Source: Agrococcus sp. (GTDB lineage: Bacteria; Actinomycetota; Actinomycetes; Actinomycetales; Microbacteriaceae). Taken from it: 64,000 nucleotides of DNA. The notes under the pieces were generated by a model, which was not told the DNA's origin, made no database searches, and saw only the letters and a program-made list of their open reading frames with translations. Location of the stretch: positions 21,906 through 85,905 of the forward strand of contig JAPSJX010000001.1 in NCBI GenBank assembly GCA_031178105.1. Direction: 5' to 3'. Positions 9,328 to 19,400 of the stretch are shown here, one piece after another; position 1 is the stretch's first letter; every line of letters begins with the position of its first letter. The position numbers and the translations under genes were made by a program.

Positions 9328-9420
9328 AGTATGTGGAAACGCGGGAGGGGCAACAAGCGAAGATGGGGGCGCAAGGCGACTCGTGCGGCGATCGTCGGGC
9401 GGTGCTGAGGCGTTGCTCAG
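9328..9420 (-). promoter_or_regulatory. Putative sigmaA promoter plus upstream operator module, copy 1
   Basis: Minus strand TTGTTG-17bp-CATACT; CTGAG-N6-CTCAG palindrome at 9405-9420; ungapped match to 28901-28970. Confidence 0.65.
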
Positions 9421-9495
9421 GGGAACGCGGGGTGCCGACGCCTGCGGGGGCAGGGGTGATCGCGCCGCGACCGCGGCGATGATGGCCTCGGGGGG

Positions 9496-9960
9496 CTAGG
9501 AGGATGCGAGCTGCGCCTGCAGCGCCGACGCATCGGCAGCCGCGGTGAGCTGCGCGAGCGCGCGCCGCAGCACGGTGCTCGACGTGTGCGCCGTGTAGGG
9601 GAAGTAGACGACCTCGACGCCGACCTCAGCGAACTGGCGCTCCAGCCGCAGGCCCCGCTCGGTGCCGCGCCAGTCGTCGCCCTTGAAGAAGTGCGTGAAG
9701 CGGACCTCGCGCCAGGTGTCGAGCTTGTCCGGCACGGTCTCGACGTGCACCGCGTCGACCCACTTGATCGCCTTCACGATCTCGACCCGCTCGAGCGTCG
9801 GCACGACGGGCTCGATGCCCTTCACCTGCCGGAGCATCTCGTCGCTCACCACGCCGGCGATGAGCGTGTCGCAGCGCTCGCGCGCGTGCTTGAGCACGTT
9901 GAGGTGCCCGATGTGGAAGAGGTCGAAGGCTCCGGCCGCATAGCCGATCCGCTGCTCCAT
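9496..9960 (-). CDS. TagD-like (glycerol-3-phosphate) cytidylyltransferase
   Basis: GAFDLFHIGH (HIGH motif), KGDDW, TSST; 154 aa; GGAGGAG RBS. Confidence 0.88.
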   Translation of the reverse strand: MEQRIGYAAGAFDLFHIGHLNVLKHARERCDTLIAGVVSDEMLRQVKGIEPVVPTLERVEIVKAIKWVDAVHVETVPDKLDTWREVRFTHFFKGDDWRGTERGLRLERQFAEVGVEVVYFPYTAHTSSTVLRRALAQLTAAADASALQAQLASS

Positions 9961-10049
9961 GGCGCAGGTCTCCTCCCGCCCGCGGCGTGGGCCGCAGGAT
10001 TGCGAACACTGTTACACACAGTAGTGCTCGCGGGCGGGAGCGCAACGCG

Positions 10050-10991
10050 TCAGGGTGCGGCGGGTCGGGCGTACTCGAACTCGTCGAGCCCGATGGCGCC
10101 GAGGATGCGCCCCTGCGCGAACCAGCGGCGCCGGCGGAAGGTCGCGCTGCCCGCGACATCGCCGCGCACGCGGGCGAGCGTCTCGCCCGCGGCGAACGCC
10201 GGCACGCGCACGATGCCGCCGACGAGGAAGCCCGCGCGCTTCGCCACTCGCGCCGAGGCCGAGTCGGCTCGCGTGTAGAGCCTTGCCCGCACCTGGCCCT
10301 GGCAGATCGCGCGGCGGCGCACGAACGCGCGCGTCGTCCGCTCGGCGGCGATGTCGTCGCGGGCGATGGACTCGGCGGAGGCCACGATGGTGCCGCCGCT
10401 GTCGATGACGTCGCGTCCGAACTGCACATCGGATCCGCCGGAGAGCCCGAGGGAGACGTCGAACCGCACGCCGAGGCCGCGCACCTGCGCGACGTCGACC
10501 AGCACGTTGCCGGTCTTCAGCCCCGGCAGCCGCTCGCCGGTCGGGATCCTCGTGCGGCGCAGGAAGCCGCCCCCCGCGATCCACGGGTCGGTGCCGTCCG
10601 GCCACACGTATCGGACATACCCCATGACGACCGTCGGGCGGTGCTCCGTCCACGTGTCCACGAGGCCGGCGAGCCAGCCGGGCTCGGGCACGAGGTCGTC
10701 GTCGATCATCACCACCAGCTCGTGATCAGCACCGGCGTCGAGCGCCGCCTGCCGCGTCGCGGCGATGCCGGGGGTGCGCTCGGCGAGGTGCTCGACGCCG
10801 AGCTCCGCGGCGACCGGCGCGGCCGAGCACTCGGGGTCGTTGTCGACCAGCAGGATCCGCCACGGCAGCGTCACCGACGCCGCGTCGCTGCGGATCGCCG
10901 CGACGAGGTCGGGGAGGAGGTCGGCGCGACGGAAGGTGGGGACGGCGATGAGGACCGCGCGGGCGTCGGCGCCCGAGCCGGTGCCGGTCAC
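10050..10991 (-). CDS. Glycosyltransferase family 2 (ExoM-like)
   Basis: IAVPTFRR, LVDND, MIDDD, GGSD motifs. Confidence 0.85.
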   Translation of the reverse strand: MTGTGSGADARAVLIAVPTFRRADLLPDLVAAIRSDAASVTLPWRILLVDNDPECSAAPVAAELGVEHLAERTPGIAATRQAALDAGADHELVVMIDDDLVPEPGWLAGLVDTWTEHRPTVVMGYVRYVWPDGTDPWIAGGGFLRRTRIPTGERLPGLKTGNVLVDVAQVRGLGVRFDVSLGLSGGSDVQFGRDVIDSGGTIVASAESIARDDIAAERTTRAFVRRRAICQGQVRARLYTRADSASARVAKRAGFLVGGIVRVPAFAAGETLARVRGDVAGSATFRRRRWFAQGRILGAIGLDEFEYARPAAP

Positions 10992-12034
10992 GACCGCGCT
11001 CCGGCGCGTCGACGCGCGACGGCCGCTTCGAACGCCGACCGGTGCGCGGCACCGGCGTCGTCCCATCCTCGCGAGCCGAGGTCCGGCGGGGTGGCGGGCG
11101 GGTGCGCGGCGATCGCCGCGAAGCGCTCGAGGTCGGCGCCGGAGATCGTGCCGTCGAAGGTCGTCACCCAGCCCGGGCCGACCTCGGTGGCGAGCGCCTC
11201 GGTGACGTCGGTGCGGGGCACGAGCACGGGGCGGTCGAGCGAGAGCGCCGCCAGCGCGCTGCCGGAGTTGTGCATGGATCGGTACGGTAGCACCACCCCG
11301 GCGGATCCCATCACGGCGTTCGCGAACGCCTCCTCGGGGAGGTACCGCACGTCGAGCTCCACGCGCCGGTCGCGGGCCGCGCGGTCGCGCACCTCGCGCT
11401 CGATGCCGGCGCTCGTCGCGCTGCCGGCGATGCGCAGCCGCAGGCCCGGCTGCGTGCCGGCGGTGCTCGCGAACGCGTCCAACAGCTCCTCCACCCCCTT
11501 GTAGGGCCGCACGAGGCCGACGAACGACAGCAGGCTGGGCGTGGGCGGCACGACCGGCACGTGAGCGAACCAGTCGCGGTAGTGGCCGTGCGGGATGAGC
11601 GTCGACGACGCCCCCGGCGGGACGGGGGTCTGCTCGTTGAGCAGGATCCGATGATCCGTCCGGCGGTCGAGCCAGGCGAGGTAGCCGCGCTCCCAGCGCG
11701 TGGCACCGGCGTGCGGGTGGAGGTTGTGGACCGTCCGCACGAGCGCGACCCGGGTGAGCGCCAGCCGTGCGCCCAGCGCGAGCGCGAAGGCGCGGCGCGC
11801 GATGGTGCGGGATCGCGTGGAGCCTCGCAGCAGCGTCTCCGGCCAGTGCAGCTGCAGCGCGTCGTAGCGCCCCAGCAGCGCGCGCCGACGGTCGAAGCGC
11901 ACGTGCTCGACGCCGGGCGTGCGCGCGAGCGCCGAGTCGAGCATGTGGATGTACGGGTTGGTCGTCTCGCGCGGCGGGCCGAACGACTGCATGACGCGGA
12001 TCGAGGGCGCCGAGGCGCGCGAGCTGAGCGGCAT
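10988..12034 (-). CDS. Glycosyltransferase, GT-B/family 4 (GumI-like)
   Basis: TTNPY, LHWPE, RTVHN, VRPYKG, HNSGSALAALS. Confidence 0.85.
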   Translation of the reverse strand: MPLSSRASAPSIRVMQSFGPPRETTNPYIHMLDSALARTPGVEHVRFDRRRALLGRYDALQLHWPETLLRGSTRSRTIARRAFALALGARLALTRVALVRTVHNLHPHAGATRWERGYLAWLDRRTDHRILLNEQTPVPPGASSTLIPHGHYRDWFAHVPVVPPTPSLLSFVGLVRPYKGVEELLDAFASTAGTQPGLRLRIAGSATSAGIEREVRDRAARDRRVELDVRYLPEEAFANAVMGSAGVVLPYRSMHNSGSALAALSLDRPVLVPRTDVTEALATEVGPGWVTTFDGTISGADLERFAAIAAHPPATPPDLGSRGWDDAGAAHRSAFEAAVARRRAGARS

Positions 12035-12137
12035 GCGCCACAGTCTTGCGCATGTTTCGCCGCGACGTGCTCGTGCGCCTAGACTCAGGCGCTATCACGA
12101 CCGGACGCCCGTGCGCGGTGCTGATGACAGGGGTGCC

Positions 12138-12878
12138 ATGGCCGACTCGTTCGCCGACGTCCACAGGCGGCTCGCCGCTGCCCAGAAGGGCCACGCGCGC
12201 GGCGCGCCCGCCTACTCGGTCTACGTGAACCGCCGGATCGGGCGCGTGCTCGCCGTCGCCGCGTACCGAGCCGGATGGACGCCCAACGCCGTCACCGCGG
12301 TGAGCGCGGCGCACTCGCTGGCCGCGATCGTGCTGCTGCTCGTGCTGCCGGCCCAGTGGTGGACGGGCGTGCTCGTCGCGGTGCTGCTCGTGCTCGGCTA
12401 CGCCTGGGACTCGGCGGACGGCCAGGTGGCGCGGCTCGGAGGCGGCGGGAGCCTCTCCGGCGAGTGGCTCGACCACTTCGTCGACGCGATCAAGCTCGCG
12501 AGCCTGCACCTCGCGGTGCTCGTGGCGCTGTGGCTGCACACCCCGCTGCGCGACTCCGCGTGGCTGCTCGTGCCGATCGTGTTCTCGATCGTCGGCGTCG
12601 TGACGTTCTTCGCCATGCTGCTCAACGACCTGCTGAAGGGCAAGGTCGGCGTCGCCTCGACGCACGAGCGCGGGCGCGGGACGCCGCTGCGGTCGCTCGT
12701 GCTCGTGCCGACCGACTTCGGGCTGCTGTGCCTCGTGTTCGTGCTGTGGGGATGGACGACGGGCTTCCTCTGGGCCTACGCCGCGCTCGCGCTCGCGAAC
12801 GCGGCGTTCCTCGTGCTCGCCGCGGTGAAGTGGTTCCGCGAGGTCCGCGAGATCGACCGCGCCCGGGCCGCGCCGTGA
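12138..12878 (+). CDS. CDP-alcohol phosphotransferase family membrane protein
   Basis: TPNAVT and DSADGQVAR...GEWLDHFVD signature; multiple TM helices. Confidence 0.92.
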   Translation: MADSFADVHRRLAAAQKGHARGAPAYSVYVNRRIGRVLAVAAYRAGWTPNAVTAVSAAHSLAAIVLLLVLPAQWWTGVLVAVLLVLGYAWDSADGQVARLGGGGSLSGEWLDHFVDAIKLASLHLAVLVALWLHTPLRDSAWLLVPIVFSIVGVVTFFAMLLNDLLKGKVGVASTHERGRGTPLRSLVLVPTDFGLLCLVFVLWGWTTGFLWAYAALALANAAFLVLAAVKWFREVREIDRARAAP

Positions 12879-13825
12879 CGGCCGGGGTCGACGGCCCGCC
12901 CTTCGCCGTGGTGATCGTGAGCTTCGCCTCGAGCGGCCTGCTCGAGCGGCAGGCCGCGTCGCTCGACCTGCCGGCGAACGGTCGCGTCGTCGTGGTCGAC
13001 TGCTTCAGCGGGGCGGCGGAGCGGGAGCGCGTGCGCGACCTGGCCAGCGCCCGCGGGTGGGATGCGGTGCTGCTCGAGACGAACGCGGGCTTCGGTGGCG
13101 GGGTGAACGCCGGTGCGCGGCGCGCGCTCGCGGACGGCGCCCGCGTGCTCGTGGCGCTCAACCCCGACGCGTCGATCGATGCGGCAGCGCTCGGGCTGCT
13201 CGTCGCGACGGCGGCGGCCGACCCCATGGTCATCGCGTCGCCGAGGATCCTCACCGGCGCCGGCGACCCGTGGTTCGCGGGCGCTGACCTCTACCTCGAC
13301 GACGGGGTGCCGCGCGGCGCCCGCGCTCGGGACCGCTTCCCGGGCGCCGCGCGGCAGGCGTGGGCAACCGGCGCGTGCTTCGCGATCTCGGCGTCGCTCT
13401 GGACGACCCTCGGCGGCTTCGACGAGGACTTCTTCCTCTACTGGGAGGACATCGACCTCTCGCATCGCGCGCTCGCCCTCGGCGCCCGGCTCGAGCTCGT
13501 CGACGCGGTCGCGGTGCACGACGCCGGCGGCACGCAGGAGGCGATCAGCGCGGGGCGGGCCAAGTCCGAGCTGTACTACTACTTCAACATCCGCAACCGG
13601 ATGCTCTACGCCGTCAAGCACCTCGAGGAGCCGGAGATCCGCCGGTGGGCGCGCTCGGCGCCCCGCACGGGGTACGACGTGCTGCTGCGCGGTGGCCGAC
13701 GCCAGCTGCTCAGCTCCTGGCGGCCCTGGCGCGGCTACCTGCGCGGGCTGCGCGACGGCCGGCGGATCGCGCGCTCGCGGCTGGGTCGCGGGGCTGGCGC
13801 GGCCGTGCCGGCCGGGGGGCGCTGA
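12875..13825 (+). CDS. Glycosyltransferase family 2 (GT2_3/WbbL-like)
   Basis: NAGFGGGVN, LNPD, GGFDEDFFLYWEDIDL; GTGA coupling to upstream gene. Confidence 0.9.
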   Translation: MTAGVDGPPFAVVIVSFASSGLLERQAASLDLPANGRVVVVDCFSGAAERERVRDLASARGWDAVLLETNAGFGGGVNAGARRALADGARVLVALNPDASIDAAALGLLVATAAADPMVIASPRILTGAGDPWFAGADLYLDDGVPRGARARDRFPGAARQAWATGACFAISASLWTTLGGFDEDFFLYWEDIDLSHRALALGARLELVDAVAVHDAGGTQEAISAGRAKSELYYYFNIRNRMLYAVKHLEEPEIRRWARSAPRTGYDVLLRGGRRQLLSSWRPWRGYLRGLRDGRRIARSRLGRGAGAAVPAGGR

Positions 13826-13826
13826 G

Positions 13827-14444
13827 ATGGAGCCCGGCGGCATCCTGCTCGTGTGCGCTGCGAACGTCTGCCGATCGCCCATGGCGGAGCTGACGCTCCG
13901 GCGCGCGCTCTCGCGGCTGCCCGCGTTCGAGGGGCTGTCGATCGCGAGCGCGGGTGTGAGCCTCGCGGGTGAGCTGGGCGTCTGTCCGCTCGTCGGGGGC
14001 TTCCACGACGACGACCCGTGGCAGCAGCTCGCCGCGGCGCACCGGTCGCGCGCGCTCGTGCGCGAGGACGTGCGCGCGGCCTCGCTCGTGCTGACCGCGT
14101 CGCGCGGCATCCGCTCATCCGTCGTGGCGGCCGCTCCCGAGGCGCGCAGGAAGGTCTTCACGATGCGGGAGGCCGTCTGGCTGGGGGACGGCGCGTCGCC
14201 CTCGGGGCTCGCGGGGGAGGCGGCGGTCGCGGCGTTCCAGGAGCAGATCGACGCGCGGCGCGGCCTCCGTCAGCTCCCCGCGGCGTCGCGCGGGTGGCTT
14301 CGGGCGCGACGCGATCGCGACCCGCTCGACATCCGCGACGGGCACCACCTGCGCGCCTCCGCGCACCGCGGGACGATCCGCGAGGTCGACTCGACCGTGC
14401 GCGCGCTCGCCGCGCTCATCGCGGGGTCCCAGCCGACTCGATGA
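13827..14444 (+). CDS. Low-molecular-weight protein tyrosine phosphatase-like (Wzb-type)
   Basis: ILLVCAANVCRSPMAE (CX5R), SAG. Confidence 0.8.
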   Translation: MEPGGILLVCAANVCRSPMAELTLRRALSRLPAFEGLSIASAGVSLAGELGVCPLVGGFHDDDPWQQLAAAHRSRALVREDVRAASLVLTASRGIRSSVVAAAPEARRKVFTMREAVWLGDGASPSGLAGEAAVAAFQEQIDARRGLRQLPAASRGWLRARRDRDPLDIRDGHHLRASAHRGTIREVDSTVRALAALIAGSQPTR

Positions 14445-15507
14445 CGGGGCGGGCCTCGGGCACGGCGGCCCGGAGCGTGCGGGCGGCGATCTCCCAGGAG
14501 TAGCGGCCGAGCGTCCGCTCGACCGCGGCCGGCTGCGGCCGGCGCCCCCAGGCGGCGTCGAGCGCGGCGGCGACCGCGGGGGCGTCGAGCGGCGGAGCGA
14601 AGCTCGCGCACTCGCCCACGGTCTCGCGGAAGACGGGGATGTCGCTCGCGAGCAGCGGCGAGCCGAAGCCGATCGCCTCGACGGCGGGCATCCCGAAGCC
14701 CTCGTCGAGGCTCAGCGTCACGGTGAGCGCCGCGTGCGCGTACAGCCAGGCGAGCTCGTCGTCGGGGACCGCCCCGAGCATCACGATGCTGCCGTCGTCG
14801 ACGAGCGCCTGCGCCGGCTCCGGGATCCGCGTGCCGACGCCGGAGTGCGCTGGGGAGCCGACGACGTAGAGCGGCCGGGCAGGCGAGATGCGCGCGGAGC
14901 GGACCGCCGCGAGCATGACCGTCTCGAGGTTCTTGCGCACGTTGAGCCGGCCGACCGTGACGGCGAACTCGCCCTCCGCGGGCACCCGCTCCGGCCGGCG
15001 CTGGGCGCGCTCGAGCGCCGGCGGCACGCCGAGCCCCGTGACGACGGCGGGCGGCAGCGTCGGTGCGTGGCGCGCGATGCGGTCAGCCTCGGTGCGCGTC
15101 GAGGTCGCGACCGCCGCCGCTCGCCTCGCCCAGCGGAGCATCGGCCGGAAGTAGACCCGCTCGGCGCGCGAGAACCACTCCGGGTGCTCCTCGAACATCA
15201 CGTCGTGGAGGAACACGAGGGAGCGGCCGACGGCGGGGGTGTAGTTGTGGCAGACGACGAGGCCGGCCCGCGCTCGACGCGCGAGCACGGGCAGCTCGAC
15301 GCGGTTCGACGCCGCGTGCGGCCACAGCCGCGTGCGCACGACCTCGGCACCCTCCGGGACACCGGCCGGGTCGGCATCACGGCGGAGCGCGACGACCAGC
15401 TCGTCCTCGGGGAAGCAGCGGGCCCACGCGAGGATGAGCTCGCGCTGCACGGTCCTGGCGGCCTGCGGGCCGTCCTGCCACCAGTAGCCGTCCATGAGGA
15501 TCCGCAT
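14416..15507 (-). CDS. Glycosyltransferase family 4
   Basis: LHDV, VGRLNVRKN, EGFGMPAVEA, SDIPVFRE. Confidence 0.92.
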   Translation of the reverse strand: MRILMDGYWWQDGPQAARTVQRELILAWARCFPEDELVVALRRDADPAGVPEGAEVVRTRLWPHAASNRVELPVLARRARAGLVVCHNYTPAVGRSLVFLHDVMFEEHPEWFSRAERVYFRPMLRWARRAAAVATSTRTEADRIARHAPTLPPAVVTGLGVPPALERAQRRPERVPAEGEFAVTVGRLNVRKNLETVMLAAVRSARISPARPLYVVGSPAHSGVGTRIPEPAQALVDDGSIVMLGAVPDDELAWLYAHAALTVTLSLDEGFGMPAVEAIGFGSPLLASDIPVFRETVGECASFAPPLDAPAVAAALDAAWGRRPQPAAVERTLGRYSWEIAARTLRAAVPEARPVIESAGTPR

Positions 15508-15745
15508 TGATCTCCCTGATCTCTTCGGAGGGGCACGGCGCCACCGCCTCGCAAGGCTATGGCGCGCCGTGTCCGGGTGCGTCGCCGGGATGCTCAAGCC
15601 ACGCGCGGATTCCGCTGATGATTGCCGCGTCCGGCGTTTTTCAGACGGCGTTATCCATAGGCTCGCTGCGGGCGGCATCGATGCCGCTCTCGACCCGCGG
15701 GCGACCGGCTTCGTCGACCGCGAGCATCTGATCCCTTGGAGAGCT

Positions 15746-16441
15746 GTGATCGCACCACGCCGGATCCGCCGGGCACGAGGCTCGACGGCGGTGGCCGTCG
15801 CCATGGGGGCCGCGGCGCTCGTCGCGCTGAGCCTGGCAGGCTGCGGCTCCGCCCCGGCGGGTCCTGCCGCGACACCGGTCGTCAGCGCGACGCCCGACTC
15901 GAGCCAGACTGCCGGCCCGAGCCCGACAGCGGAGGCGAGCGATCCGCCCGCTGCCGGCCCCACCATCCCGCCGGGCGCCACGGCGGTTCCCGCGCCAGGC
16001 GCCGGCGCGACACCGGGCCCGGACGGACCGACGGAGGCTGCCGTGCTGCCGACCACGACCGCCGCGCTCGACGAGGCGATCGCCTTCGACACGGGCATCG
16101 TCGTCGAGATCGTCGCCGTCGACCCGATCACCGTCACCGCCGAGACGCCCGGCGAGATGGACGGTCCCGCGCTGCGCGTGAGCGTCGCCGCGCGCAACCA
16201 GTCGGGCGAGCCGCAGGAGGTCGACTCCGCGGTCGTCACGCTCGTCACCGCAGACGGTCAGGTCGGCGTCGGCACGACGGCAGGGTCGCCGTCACCGCTC
16301 TCAGGGGTCGTCGAGCCCGGCGGCTCGGTCTCCGGCACCTATGTCTTCATGCTCGACCCGGCCTCCGGCCGGGACGTCACGGTCACCGTCAACTACGCCG
16401 CGGGCGAGCCGCTCGCGGTCTTCACCGGAAGAACCCTCTGA
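15746..16441 (+). CDS. Lipoprotein with Pro/Thr/Ala linker and Ig-like C-terminal domain (DUF4352-like)
   Basis: GGAGAG RBS with GTG start; lipobox SLAGC; low-complexity linker; beta-rich C-terminus. Confidence 0.75.
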   Translation: MIAPRRIRRARGSTAVAVAMGAAALVALSLAGCGSAPAGPAATPVVSATPDSSQTAGPSPTAEASDPPAAGPTIPPGATAVPAPGAGATPGPDGPTEAAVLPTTTAALDEAIAFDTGIVVEIVAVDPITVTAETPGEMDGPALRVSVAARNQSGEPQEVDSAVVTLVTADGQVGVGTTAGSPSPLSGVVEPGGSVSGTYVFMLDPASGRDVTVTVNYAAGEPLAVFTGRTL

Positions 16442-16444
16442 CAG

Positions 16445-19400
16445 ATGGACACCACCATGCGCTCCCACCGTCCGCTGCGCGCCACCCTGCTCGCCGCGCT
16501 CGCCACCGTCGCGACCGGCGCGATGGTGCTCTCCGGTCTGACCGTCGCCACCGCTGCAGGCACCGGTCCGGTCACGCTCCAGCAGCGCACGAGCTCGGTC
16601 GTCACGGCCGATCCGTTGCCGACCGTGCAGATCGACAAGGGCTACGTCTGGGCGCAGACGATGATCGGCAACACCGTGTACGCAGCCGGCGGCTTCGCCA
16701 ACGCGCGTGCGCCGCTCGCCGCGCCGGGCACGAACCTCACGCCGCGGAGCAACATCCTCGCCTACGACATCCGGACGGGGAACCTGCTGTCGTTCGCGCC
16801 GCAGGTGAACGGCCCGATCCGCGCGGTCGCGGCCTCGCCGGACGGCACCCGGCTCTACATCGGCGGCTCGTTCACGTCGGTGAACGGGCAGCCCCGGTTC
16901 AACGTCGCGGTGCTCGACCCGACCACCGGGGCACTGCTTCCCGGCTTCAACGCGTCCATCGGCGGCAGCGGCGTCTACGGCCTCGCAGCGACCGCCGAGA
17001 CCGTCTACCTCACCGGCCTCTTCTCGCAGGCGAACGGCGTCGCGCGCCAGAACCTGGCGGCCCTCGCCGTCGCCAATGGTGCGCTCCGGTCGTGGGCGCC
17101 CACGATCGACCTGCAGGGCGACGCGCTGGTCATCGATCCCGATGGCTCGCACGTGATCGTGGGAGGGCGCTTCTACCTCACGAACGGCGTCGTGCAGCGC
17201 GGCCTCGCACCCCTCGATCCCGTCACCGGCGCGATAGACACGGCATGGGCCGCGTCCAAGACCGTCATCAACGGCTGGTCCGAGGGCACCTACGCTGGCA
17301 AGGCGGGCATCTTCGCGCTGACTGTCGACGACTCCGGGGTGTACGGCACCGGCTGGGTGTACGCGAACGCCTCGGTGGGCAATCTCGAGGGCGTATTCGC
17401 TGCAGAGGCGGGCACCGGGGCGATCCGCTGGGTTGCCGACTGCCACGGCGACCACTACGGCGTCTTCTCCACGGGGCAGACGGTCTACGCGACGAGCCAC
17501 ACGCACGCGTGCGACACCGCCGGGCTCGCGCCGGAGGTGAGCCCCCGCACCTATCGGTACGTGGAGGCCTTCACCGCCACCGCCGAGGGGACGCTCACGC
17601 GCTCTCCCTCCGCAGGCGCCACCTACAAGGACTGGAGCGGCACACCGGCCCCAGCACCCTACGCGTGGTACCCCGACTTCACAGTGGGTCGCACGTCGGG
17701 GCTCAACCAGGCCGGCCTGTCGATGACCGGCAACGACCGGTTCCTGTCGGTCGCGGGCGAGTTCACGAGCGTCAACAACCAGCGGTACGAGGGCATCGTG
17801 CGCTTCGGCGTCGCGCCGCCGAACGGGCCCAAGCAGGGTCCGCGGATGGCGAGCGCGACCTGGGGAGCGCCGACGGTCTCGTCGGTGGTCCCCGGCCGCG
17901 TGCGGATCAGCATCCGCGGCAACTGGGACCGCGACGATCGCGACCTCACCTACGAGCTGCGCCGCGCCGGCACGACCGGCGTCGTGCAGTCGCGCGTCGT
18001 GCCCTCGAGCTGGTGGGCGCAGCCCCAGATCACGTTCGACGACACCGGCTTGACACCGGGTGCCAGCCACACGTACACGGTGCGAGCGGTCGACGGGAAC
18101 GGCAACGCCGTGACCAGCGGGTCGGCCACCGCGACGGTGGCGAGCGGGGAGTCCTCCGCCTACGCCAGCGCCGTGCTGGACGACGGCGCCTCGCTCTACT
18201 ACCCGCTCGGCTCGACGCGGGCGGACTGGGGCGGCGGGAGCACCCCGCTGTTCGGCACGGGCGTCACCGACACCACCCCGGGCGCCGTCGCCGGCTCCAC
18301 GGGCCAGTCGGCGTCGAGCTTCGACGGCACCGCGAACGGCCGCGTCTCGTCCGGGACGAGCGGCAGGGTGGTCCCCGCGTTCTCGACAGAGCTGTGGTTC
18401 AACACCACGACGACGACGGGCGGCAAGCTCATCGGCTTCGGCAGCTCGCAGACCGCCTCGTCCGGCAGCTACGACCGGCACATCTACATGCAGAACAACG
18501 GCAGGCTGACGTTCGGCGTGTACCCGGGGCAGGTCCGCACCATCTCGTCCACGGCCGCGTACAACGACGGCCGCTGGCACCACGTCGTCGCCTCGCAGGG
18601 CGCGGGGGGCATAGCGCTCTACGTCGACGGCGTGCAGGTCGCGCAGGATGCGAGCACCACGACCGCGCAGAGCTACACCGGGTTCTGGCGGATCGGCGGC
18701 GACAACCTGAACGGATGGCCCAACCGTCCGTCGTCGACGCACTTCCTCGGCGCGATCGACGAGGTTGCCGTGTACGACTCGGTGCTCTCGAGCAGCCAAG
18801 TGGCGACGCACTTCGCGGTCGGCTCCGGGCAGCAGGCGCCCTCGGCGGCCTTCGACGTGACGACGGCCGGGCTGACCGCGAGCTTCGACGCATCCGGCTC
18901 CGCGGCCGCGAGCGGCTCGACCATCGCGTCCTACGACTGGAGCTTCGGCGACGGGACGAGCGGCACCGGTGTCTCGCCGAGCCACCCGTACGCGGCCGGC
19001 GGCACCTACGCCGTCACGCTCACCGTCACCGACAGCCGCGGTCTCAGCAGCTCCGTGACCCGCGACGTGAGCGTGGCCGCCCCGAACGTCGGACCGAGCG
19101 CGTCGTTCACCGCGACGGCGACCGACCTCGACGTCGCGGTCGACGGCCGGGCCTCGAGCGATCCGGACGGCAGCATCGCCTCGTACTCGTGGAGCTGGGG
19201 CGACGGCACGCCGAACGGCTCGGGACCGACGGCGACCCACCGCTACGCGGCCGGCACGTACACGATCACGCTCAGGGTGACCGACGACGACGGCGCGACC
19301 GCGACGACGACGCGGCGTGTGACGGCGACCGACCCGGTCGTCGTGCCGCCCGCGACCTTCGCGGCCGCGGACGACTTCTCGCGCACGGTCTCGTCCGGCT

